Shown: positions 19,657 through 27,722 of the stretch, piece by piece | How positions within the stretch are numbered: the first letter of the stretch is position 1 | Layout: every line of letters starts with the position of its first letter | Virus record (IMG/VR): IMGVR_UViG_3300035394_000014 | Coordinates: 1-34,352 of that record | Direction: 5' to 3' (one strand) | Source of the DNA: a virus | Lineage: Duplodnaviria; Caudoviricetes | DNA: 34,352 bases | Translations under genes and position numbers: made by a program | The notes under the pieces: model-generated | Database searches by the model: none | What the model was told of the DNA's origin: nothing | The model's input: only the letters and a program-made list of their open reading frames with translations

Positions 19657-19659
19657 ATT

Positions 19660-22332
19660 ATGTCATTTTTAAATAGAATAAGAAAAGTAATTGGAAATTT
19701 AGTGGACAATACAGATCCACTAAATCCAATTGTAAGTTTAGATATATTACCTGAATCTGTAAGTTCAACTACTTGTGAGGATTCTGTATTAGTTAAATCA
19801 GACATACCAACTCTTTTAAATGGAGAGTACTTTGGATGGGCTCAACCTGAGAATACTCAATGGTCTAACGTTCCTGCTTGGGACAATAGATCATGGAAAG
19901 TTTGGTTTGAAGCTTTATTAACTGATGGTCTTGCTACTGTTAATACTACTCCGGTTACTGATTCTTTTGCAACATTCCAGTTATTAATTGATGAAATTAA
20001 TAATCAATTAATAGCTTATGGAAGTTCTTTTAGAGTAATAGGTCATGCAGATGGTAATAGGGTCTTAGTATGTGATATTGACTTTAATCCTTTATTGAGT
20101 ACTGATGCTTACATCACCGATAATCAATTCAATAATATGAGATTGTTTATTGAGGATAGTGTCACCAATAATGATTGGTTAGTTAAAGCCGAAGAGCCTA
20201 AACCAGTGATTCTTAGTAACGTTGAATTTGGTAGTACTCCTGATTATGAATTTAAAAAATTACAATGTGTTTGTGACGAATTAAAAAGTGTACCTGATGG
20301 GGTTTTTGATCCTAGTGATTCGTTCATTGTTATTGGGACTGGTCCTATAGTGGAAGTACAAGGTTGGTTATATAATGGAGTTAATGCTGGAGATGGTTTT
20401 ATGGCTACTCCATTTGTATCAGGAAATCAGATTTCTATTAACACACTAAGTGTAGATAGCGTTGATTATATTCCAGGAGGAATAATTGTAAATACATATA
20501 CAACATTTCAAGATTTCATAGACACCGTAAATGTATTAATATTAGCAAGTGGTGTTCAATTAGCTACCAATAGCAATAATGATTTTTATGTTTCTGGTAG
20601 TGATGGAAATCCAATAGCACAAGCATTAGTATTTAATTTTTTTGACGATACTGCTTCAGCATGGTTGATAAAAACATGGTTGCCAGCAACAATAGAATTA
20701 ACTTTAGATGGTGACTGCAAAAGAATACAATTACCAGTTAGTTCTCAAGATTGGGCTTTGCAAGGTAATAGTGGAACAGATCCAGGTTCAAATTTCGTTG
20801 GAACAACGGATGCCACAGCTTTATCTTTTAGAACAAACGATGTAGAAGCTTTATTGATTGATGCAGATGGTAATGTAGGTATAGGAACGGGTATCCCAGC
20901 TCACAAGTTAGATGTAGATGGAAATATACAATTCACAGGTGCTTTAATGCCAGCAGGTCTGCCTGGAACTACAGGACAGGTCCTTAAAAGTAATGATTTA
21001 GGGCTAGCTCCAACATGGGAGGATAATTCATTAAAAATATCTGACCTTGAAGGTGCTGATAAAATAAATAGTATTGATAATTTAGATTTTCAACAAACTT
21101 GGACCTGGAGTACAATTGTTACTCAACCAGCTTTAACTTTAAGTGCTCCTAGCCTAGGTCCTCTAAACGGCTCTCTTTTAAGATTAAATGCAGGGGCAGG
21201 GAAGGCTATCACCAGTCCAGATACAATTGCTATTAGAGTAATCACAGGGACTACAGGGGGTTTAGTGTTAGATACAGGAACGACTGGAACAGTAAGTATT
21301 GGGACAAATTCTAATCCTAAAGCTGTTATTGTAGGAAATACAGTATCAGGTTCTAGTGTGACTTTAAGAGGTGCTACAGCATCATTGGCTATGTCTAATA
21401 CAGCTGTAAACTTCTTAACATCTTCGAATTTGGCAAATGGGTTTACGTTTGGTTTTAGTGGAACTAATACAGGTAACGGAATCGTTGTAAATGCAAATGC
21501 TATGACAACTGGGTCAGCTCTCAAGGTAGCTACAACAAATGCTAATTTAAATTCAACGGATGGATTTTTAAATGTAGCAAATTCAGCAACCCCAGCTAAT
21601 CCTTTAGGTTTATTTGCAAGGATACAACCAAATGCAACAATAGGGTCAGGCTTACGAATTTTAAATAATGGGAACGTAGGGATAGGTACAAACAATCCTA
21701 CAGACTATGTTCATATTGTTAAAAATGTAGATGAAGGGGTATCGATACTTTTGGAAAATCAAAATAACAATCCATCTGCGTACTGTAGTATTGGGGTTTT
21801 AAATGGAGATATTTTAACAGGGTATGGCTCTTATAAATCTGGTGGATATGCTTACAGTGGAACATCGTCGAATCATGACTTCAGGATTACAAGCAATAAT
21901 CTTACAAGAATGAACTTCGATAAGAATGGGAATATCGCAGCAGGAGCTTTTACTCCAACAGCAAAATTTCATACATCAGGTACATTACGCTTCGAAGGAC
22001 TTGGCATAACATCTGCGAACACTAGATTCTTAACAGTAGATAGTACAGGTGTTGTTACCATAAAAAATCAGAATCAGTTTAAATACGATATTAGAACTGT
22101 AACAGCAAGTACAACTTTGACTAATACAGACTATACTGTTATTTTTAATGGTTTGAATTTAACAGCTACTTTACCAGTAGCTAGCACAGGAACAGTATAC
22201 AATATTAAAAATATTAATGCAACAAACCTTTCTGTAACAGGTAACATAGATGGAACAGTTCAGACAATTACGTTAACGCAATTTCAGTCAAAAACATTCC
22301 ATTCAGACGCAGCGACTTGGTACTCAATTTAA
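19660..22332 (+). CDS. Tail fibre/spike-like receptor-binding protein
   Basis: WALQGNSGT...FVGTTD...FRTN motif, GNVGIGT repeats, G/T/N-rich region, C-terminal IRTVT...DYTV...LP...YNIKN...W domain. Confidence 0.72.
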   Translation: MSFLNRIRKVIGNLVDNTDPLNPIVSLDILPESVSSTTCEDSVLVKSDIPTLLNGEYFGWAQPENTQWSNVPAWDNRSWKVWFEALLTDGLATVNTTPVTDSFATFQLLIDEINNQLIAYGSSFRVIGHADGNRVLVCDIDFNPLLSTDAYITDNQFNNMRLFIEDSVTNNDWLVKAEEPKPVILSNVEFGSTPDYEFKKLQCVCDELKSVPDGVFDPSDSFIVIGTGPIVEVQGWLYNGVNAGDGFMATPFVSGNQISINTLSVDSVDYIPGGIIVNTYTTFQDFIDTVNVLILASGVQLATNSNNDFYVSGSDGNPIAQALVFNFFDDTASAWLIKTWLPATIELTLDGDCKRIQLPVSSQDWALQGNSGTDPGSNFVGTTDATALSFRTNDVEALLIDADGNVGIGTGIPAHKLDVDGNIQFTGALMPAGLPGTTGQVLKSNDLGLAPTWEDNSLKISDLEGADKINSIDNLDFQQTWTWSTIVTQPALTLSAPSLGPLNGSLLRLNAGAGKAITSPDTIAIRVITGTTGGLVLDTGTTGTVSIGTNSNPKAVIVGNTVSGSSVTLRGATASLAMSNTAVNFLTSSNLANGFTFGFSGTNTGNGIVVNANAMTTGSALKVATTNANLNSTDGFLNVANSATPANPLGLFARIQPNATIGSGLRILNNGNVGIGTNNPTDYVHIVKNVDEGVSILLENQNNNPSAYCSIGVLNGDILTGYGSYKSGGYAYSGTSSNHDFRITSNNLTRMNFDKNGNIAAGAFTPTAKFHTSGTLRFEGLGITSANTRFLTVDSTGVVTIKNQNQFKYDIRTVTASTTLTNTDYTVIFNGLNLTATLPVASTGTVYNIKNINATNLSVTGNIDGTVQTITLTQFQSKTFHSDAATWYSI

Positions 22333-22390
22333 TTATCAATATAAAAACATTACTTCCAACAAAAGGTAAAAAACCTAGTAAATCTAAGAA

Positions 22391-22717
22391 ATGAGAATAG
22401 TATTAACTACATTGAGTATGTTTATAAATTTAACTTCATATCATATATGCAGTTATTTCTATAAGAATGACATTGACAAATGGTATGATTTTAAATTTAT
22501 ACTTACTTCATTTAGTTTTATATTACTATATCAATCGTTGTTCTACAGTTCAACTAAGTTGAGTAGATTTTTAGCTACAATTTACTATGGTATCTTTATA
22601 GAAGATTTTACTGATAGAGTCTTTTTCAATACAACCTGTTATGAATGGAATGACATACTAACATTATTACTAATCATTGCAATAGCAATACATAATTATA
22701 AAAATGAAAAATGGTAG
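22391..22717 (+). CDS. Membrane protein
   Basis: 108 aa with 3-4 hydrophobic segments. Confidence 0.7.
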   Translation: MRIVLTTLSMFINLTSYHICSYFYKNDIDKWYDFKFILTSFSFILLYQSLFYSSTKLSRFLATIYYGIFIEDFTDRVFFNTTCYEWNDILTLLLIIAIAIHNYKNEKW

Positions 22718-22998
22718 GAGTTAAACTATTGATACTTTCACTATTGGCATTATTCTCCTTAGTCCCATTTTTAAAAGATATTAAAGATCACTTTGGAGAA
22801 TATTCAGTTTCTAATATTTTAGGAGTAGGTACATATCTAAGTTTACCAATATTAGATCCAAACGATTACTTTATTGATTTAGCAATAAAAACTGGATTTG
22901 GTATATTAACAAGTGTTATAGCAGCACACATTATTTTCTTTTCAAAATTTCTAATTAAAAAATACTTTAAAACTTTCAAAGATGAAAACACCGACTAA
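22711..22998 (+). CDS. Membrane protein, holin-like
   Basis: Hydrophobic segments followed by a basic C-terminal tail. Confidence 0.55.
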   Translation: MVGVKLLILSLLALFSLVPFLKDIKDHFGEYSVSNILGVGTYLSLPILDPNDYFIDLAIKTGFGILTSVIAAHIIFFSKFLIKKYFKTFKDENTD

Positions 22999-23185
22999 AT
23001 CAACAATTAAAAAAAGCCTTATCGCAGTAGCAATTACTTTATTTGGAATTGGTATTGTTAAGTACAATAAAGTGAATACTGAAATTGTAATTGAAACAAA
23101 TGATTTAAGAGATACCTTACTTGCAGATTCTTTTAAATTAGATTCTTTATCAACTGATACTGTATTGATCGATACAGTAAAATAA
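22982..23185 (+). CDS. Small signal-anchored protein
   Basis: Basic N-terminus, one hydrophobic helix, and a tail with repeated D(S/T) dipeptides. Confidence 0.55.
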   Translation: MKTPTKSTIKKSLIAVAITLFGIGIVKYNKVNTEIVIETNDLRDTLLADSFKLDSLSTDTVLIDTVK

Positions 23186-23193
23186 ATAACATC

Positions 23194-23430
23194 ATGAAAT
23201 CATTTTTAGATTTTAATTCTTTATCTAAGCTATTTAGTCTTAATGGTAAGGATTTCCTAAAAGGAGCACTAATTGCAATATTCTCTGGAATTATTGATGC
23301 ATTAGTGCTTCAAATTTCAGAAGGAGAAATAAACTACAATCACTTAATTATAGTAGCTCTTACATCATTTTTAGGCTACTTAAATGTTAGATTCTTTTCT
23401 AATGAGAATGGTGATTTTTTAAAAAAATAA
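23194..23430 (+). CDS. Putative holin
   Basis: 78 aa with two predicted TM segments (DFLKGALIAIFSG...; LIIVALTSFLGYL), close to the putative endolysin. Confidence 0.6.
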   Translation: MKSFLDFNSLSKLFSLNGKDFLKGALIAIFSGIIDALVLQISEGEINYNHLIIVALTSFLGYLNVRFFSNENGDFLKK

Positions 23431-23433
23431 ACT

Positions 23434-24183
23434 ATGGCGTTTAAACAATTTAATCCAGAAGTATTAACACGTGCAGATTATGTAGCTCTTGCTAATTTAA
23501 TTTCAAGTATAGATGGTCCATTTATTGATTATTATACGGACCAATCTTTTGGTAGTAGCAATCTAGTACTTGATATTAATCAATCTAATACTACGCAATT
23601 TACATACTCAAATACATCTAATCAAATTAAGAAATATTATGCCGAAGAAAATACATTAATGAATGTAATTCTTCAGCAAGATAACTCTATACCATTAACT
23701 GGTACCGAATACTACTATCTTCAATGGCAAAAAACTCCTTATTATTCAGCACAAATATTATTTGGTAATACATTAGGTCCATTACCTACAGGATTTAATT
23801 TTGGGAGTACAAATGGTAGAATGTATATTTATATTAGTAAACAAAATATAGGATCCACAATTACTGTTCAGCCTATAAATGTTACCTATGTTAATAATAC
23901 ATCTGATACATGTGCTTATAGATTAGAATATTCATATTCATCTCAAGATTATCAATATGCAGATTCTGTATATACCCAGTATTCAAACTTTGGTAGCTGT
24001 TTCGATGTATACGCATCCGCTGATTTAACAAGTCAAACGCAACCTATTTATGTAACCGTATATGATAATGTAAGTAATTCTTTGCTTTATACTACAACCT
24101 TGAATCCATTAAATAATAATATTAATTCTTGGACTGGTCAGCATTGCGGTTACACAGATATAAGAGTTGAATTTAATTATTAA
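23434..24183 (+). CDS. Hypothetical Y/S/N/T-rich protein
   Basis: 249-aa ORF, beta-rich composition, no motif recognised. Confidence 0.65.
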   Translation: MAFKQFNPEVLTRADYVALANLISSIDGPFIDYYTDQSFGSSNLVLDINQSNTTQFTYSNTSNQIKKYYAEENTLMNVILQQDNSIPLTGTEYYYLQWQKTPYYSAQILFGNTLGPLPTGFNFGSTNGRMYIYISKQNIGSTITVQPINVTYVNNTSDTCAYRLEYSYSSQDYQYADSVYTQYSNFGSCFDVYASADLTSQTQPIYVTVYDNVSNSLLYTTTLNPLNNNINSWTGQHCGYTDIRVEFNY

Positions 24184-24187
24184 TATT

Positions 24188-24769
24188 ATGGAAATAACAA
24201 TTGGGAAATTAAAGTCTATTTTTAAAGAAAAAGGATATGTATTCTTTGAGAATGGTGAAATGAATTTAAATATCATTCATATTAGAATGAAGGAAGTGTT
24301 TGATAATACTTATTCTGATATTAGTTTATTAGTATACTTGATTAATAATAAATGGGTAATTAAACAATTTCCTTCTTCTACAATGGCAGGATGGCATTAT
24401 GAGTCTGGAAAGGATATGAATCCTAAAGGGGTTGGAGTTGTTGTAGAAGGACAGTATCGTGCTTCATGGCAGTTTGTTAATTCAAATGTACTTGCTCATA
24501 AATCGCCTCATCTATCACAGCGTAAACCAATAGCTGTTTACAGAGATAGAGATAAAGATCATAAATTAGATAGAGTAAATATCGAATGGTCTTTAGGTGG
24601 ATTTAATACACACAAAGGTGGTCGTAAGAAAGTAGACAATTGGTCTGCTGGTTGTACAGTCATTAGAGGTGATGTTCAAAAAGAGTTCTTTATTGATATT
24701 GCTAAAGCTGCTGTTAAATATGGAAATACATTTTCACAAACATGGTTAAACATTAAAGATTTTGAATGA
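24188..24769 (+). CDS. Putative endolysin with L,D-transpeptidase-like His/Cys motif
   Basis: GFNTHKG...VDNWSAGC resembles the YkuD H...SxGC site, with an RDRDKD loop, and lies next to holin-like genes. Start set at ATG 24188. Confidence 0.6.
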   Translation: MEITIGKLKSIFKEKGYVFFENGEMNLNIIHIRMKEVFDNTYSDISLLVYLINNKWVIKQFPSSTMAGWHYESGKDMNPKGVGVVVEGQYRASWQFVNSNVLAHKSPHLSQRKPIAVYRDRDKDHKLDRVNIEWSLGGFNTHKGGRKKVDNWSAGCTVIRGDVQKEFFIDIAKAAVKYGNTFSQTWLNIKDFE

Positions 24770-24791
24770 TATGATTTTTTTATTACCTTTG
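24761..24791 (+). promoter_or_regulatory. Bacteroidota sigma promoter (-33/-7)
   Basis: TTTG 24761-24764, 19-nt spacer, TACCTTTG 24784-24791. Confidence 0.7.
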
Positions 24792-24813
24792 TAATATAAT
24801 CAATCGAAACAGC

Positions 24814-24841
24814 AAGGAGTTGATTAGTCAACTCCTTTTTT
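24814..24841 (+). terminator. Intrinsic terminator
   Basis: AAGGAGTTGA-ttag-TCAACTCCTT followed by TTTT. Confidence 0.8.
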
Positions 24842-24853
24842 AATTATAGTACA

Positions 24854-25558
24854 ATGAATATAAAATCTTATTTTAAAGAACTATCTTTTGTAGAAGAAAC
24901 TCATACTTATACTGTAGGTAATGATAAATTAAAATCAGTAAGTGGTTTACTTTATTATTTTCAAGAACAAGTAGATTTCGATAGTATAGCTGGATTTATT
25001 GCTAAAAGAGATGGTAAGACAAAGAAACAAGTATTACGTGAATGGGACGAAAAGAAAACTGATGCTTGTAAACTAGGTACAGAAACTCACTTGTTCGCTG
25101 AGTTGGAGCATAGAGAACCTATGAATAATAAAGAACGAGCAGCTCAATTGTTTTTAGATAATTTAAAAATTAGTAAATATGAAGTTGTAGAAAAAGAACT
25201 TCAAATGTATCATAAGGAAAAGTTGTTTGCTGGTACTGCTGATATAATTGTTAGAAATAAAGAAACTGGTAAATATCTAGTATTAGATTTTAAAACTAAT
25301 AAAGATTTATTTAAAAGATATAAATCTAAATGTTTAATAAATGAATTTAGTTATAAACCAGATACTCCATTTTCTAAATATGAGTTACAATTAAGTTTTT
25401 ATCAAATTCTATTGGAACAAATAGAAGGTATAGAAGTAGAAGCTAGAATTATAATATGGCTGAAAGATGATGGTTCATTTGTTACATATCATGGTATAGA
25501 TCATACTAAAGAATTAAAAGAATGGTTAAATAAACAAACTAAATTTACAATATGTTAA
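24854..25558 (+). CDS. PD-(D/E)XK RecB/Cas4-like exonuclease
   Basis: GTETH, E, AGTADII, LDFKT and YELQLSFY motifs. Confidence 0.88.
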   Translation: MNIKSYFKELSFVEETHTYTVGNDKLKSVSGLLYYFQEQVDFDSIAGFIAKRDGKTKKQVLREWDEKKTDACKLGTETHLFAELEHREPMNNKERAAQLFLDNLKISKYEVVEKELQMYHKEKLFAGTADIIVRNKETGKYLVLDFKTNKDLFKRYKSKCLINEFSYKPDTPFSKYELQLSFYQILLEQIEGIEVEARIIIWLKDDGSFVTYHGIDHTKELKEWLNKQTKFTIC

Positions 25559-26250
25559 TTAAAGAATTAATACAGCGTGTACAATCATTATACTCTAAAG
25601 GTGTGCATTCTGAAGATACTAGATTATCAAATAGGCATATCTATAATAAACTTGTATCATCAAGAATACTTTTAATACAAAGAAAGTTTACTAATGGTCA
25701 AAATGTAAGTCAATGGATTTATCAAGATCTACCATGTGTAGAAATGATTAAAGCACCATTAATAGAATGTCCTTGTGTTCCTAAAAATGGATGTTATATT
25801 CTAAAATCAAAATTAAAATTACCAAAACCAATTGTGGGATTAGAACGAGTAGTTATTGATTCAGTAACTACATTAGATGGAACTATTAGATTAGATCAAA
25901 CTACCTTTGGTACTGTAAAGAATGAATTAGAAAGCAAGTATTCTGGTAAAAGATTAAAATGGTATATTAGAAATGAACATTTATATATTACGTCTAATAA
26001 CTATCCAGAACTAATTACAGTTAGAGGTATATTTCAAGATCCTTTAGCTTATTCTAAATTTACTGCTTGTGGTTGTGATACACCAGAATCTGATGACTGT
26101 GAATCTTTTTTAGATAAAGAATTTATGATAGATGGAGATTTAATAGATGTTTTAATTGAATTAGCTAGTAAAGAACTATTAGAGGAGTTTGGTAAAAATA
26201 GAGAAGATTACACTAATAATGCAAGAGATAAAAATGAAGAAAAGTTATAG
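25552..26250 (+). CDS. Putative tail ring protein
   Basis: LPKPI, WYIRNEHLYI and VRGIFQDP patterns; synteny with IHF/Ttub/Tstab in crAss-like phages. Confidence 0.62.
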   Translation: MLIKELIQRVQSLYSKGVHSEDTRLSNRHIYNKLVSSRILLIQRKFTNGQNVSQWIYQDLPCVEMIKAPLIECPCVPKNGCYILKSKLKLPKPIVGLERVVIDSVTTLDGTIRLDQTTFGTVKNELESKYSGKRLKWYIRNEHLYITSNNYPELITVRGIFQDPLAYSKFTACGCDTPESDDCESFLDKEFMIDGDLIDVLIELASKELLEEFGKNREDYTNNARDKNEEKL

Positions 26251-26698
26251 TATATCGGATTTCTACAAAGAGTTTAAATCTGAAGTTGATAAATATGATT
26301 TATCTAAAAATGAATTTTTAGACTTAATGTATAGTTATTTTAAATATTTATCAGATGAATTACTAGATAAAGGTACAATTACATTACCAGGGGCTAATGG
26401 CTACTTTGAAGTAGTAGAAAGATTAGGTACAATAAGATTGAATGATAAAGGTGAGATAATAAATAAAATGGTTGATTGGCATACAACTAATCAATTATGG
26501 AAAAAAGATGAAAAACATAAATTAAATAAAACTTTGATTTATCATTTAAATGATCATACAAATGGTCGCTGGTATAGAATTAAATGGTTTAAAAATAATA
26601 TAACTCATAAGAATATAGGATTATATAAATACAAACCATGTCGAACCTTAGCTAGGCAATTAGCACAAAATATAAAACTAAACTTAAAAGAATATTAA
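26234..26698 (+). CDS. IHF-like protein of the crAss tail block
   Basis: ITLPGANGYFEV, VDW..T..LW, N.HT.G..YRI.W and YKPCR..AR.LA. Start set at ATG 26234. Confidence 0.7.
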   Translation: MKKSYSISDFYKEFKSEVDKYDLSKNEFLDLMYSYFKYLSDELLDKGTITLPGANGYFEVVERLGTIRLNDKGEIINKMVDWHTTNQLWKKDEKHKLNKTLIYHLNDHTNGRWYRIKWFKNNITHKNIGLYKYKPCRTLARQLAQNIKLNLKEY

Positions 26699-26699
26699 T

Positions 26700-27722
26700 A
26701 TGAGTACATTACAATTTACATCTTTATCAAGAATTATTGCTAAAGTAAGAAAAGAATGTTCTGTAGATAATTTAACTGAAGGAGATATAATTGAATTAAT
26801 AGGTGATGCTTTATCCGCATTAGATTTAGATTCATCAATTGAAGAACGAGTAGTTTTTGCAGAAGTTAAAAATTACAAAGTTCAATTACCTAGTGACATT
26901 ATTAAAATACAGCAAATAGCTAAAAATTTAAATTTTAATTACAAATCAAAATGTGATGATAATGGAAATTTAATTTGTCCAAAATATATTCAAGAAGAAA
27001 TACTTGAATGCAAAAAAGAAGATAAATGTAATAAGTGTAATGATGAGTGTGATTCTATACATAGTCAAAAACCACAAGTTATATTTATGAATCCAAGAAC
27101 TTGTGAAGAAGTAGATGAGGATGTTAGAAAATATGGACCATATTTAATTTTTAAATGGAATATGGGATTGAGAAGTGGTAATGATTTTAATCTGATAACA
27201 AGAGATTATTTTGTATCAGTAAGAGCTACTTCTAATACTATGTTTAAATCTTTATTATGTACAGATACATATTCAAATTTAGATAGTACTAATTTAGAAT
27301 ATACTATAAATCAAAATAAAGAATTATTATTTAATTTTCAAGAAGGTCAAATTGTAATGTCTTATCTAGCTACATTAACTGATGAGAATAACTTACCAAT
27401 GATTCCAGATAATATTTCTGTAATAGAAGCTATATTAGCTTACGTAACTTTTAAGGCAACTAAAAAAAGATTCTATGACCATAGAGAAGGATCAGATTCA
27501 AGATTTGTTAAAGCAGAAAAAGATTGGCATTGGTATTGTAGACAAGCTAAAAATTCTGGTTTATTATCTATTGACACTATGGAGTACTTAAAAAATATAA
27601 AGAGACGCTTTTTACCAAATACGAACGCATATGAGCAATTCTTCAAAAATACGAACGCTAAAGAAGATAGAGGTTATATGAGTGGAAATAATTTTAATAT
27701 TAATTATGGCAGAAGATACTAA
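26700..27722 (+). CDS. Tail tubular/ring protein (Ttub-like)
   Basis: V.NYKVQLP.D, NF.EGQI..SY, LPMIPD and W.WYC.QA, with a Cys-rich insertion. Confidence 0.72.
   Translation: MSTLQFTSLSRIIAKVRKECSVDNLTEGDIIELIGDALSALDLDSSIEERVVFAEVKNYKVQLPSDIIKIQQIAKNLNFNYKSKCDDNGNLICPKYIQEEILECKKEDKCNKCNDECDSIHSQKPQVIFMNPRTCEEVDEDVRKYGPYLIFKWNMGLRSGNDFNLITRDYFVSVRATSNTMFKSLLCTDTYSNLDSTNLEYTINQNKELLFNFQEGQIVMSYLATLTDENNLPMIPDNISVIEAILAYVTFKATKKRFYDHREGSDSRFVKAEKDWHWYCRQAKNSGLLSIDTMEYLKNIKRRFLPNTNAYEQFFKNTNAKEDRGYMSGNNFNINYGRRY

Noticed and set aside
14583-22332. Diversity-generating retroelement or invertase acting on fibre genes
   Set aside because: No reverse transcriptase, recombinase or template/variable repeat pair noticed in this window.
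24854-25558. Cas4 of a CRISPR system
   Set aside because: No Fe-S cysteine set, no other cas genes and no array. Solo PD-(D/E)XK nucleases are common in such phages.
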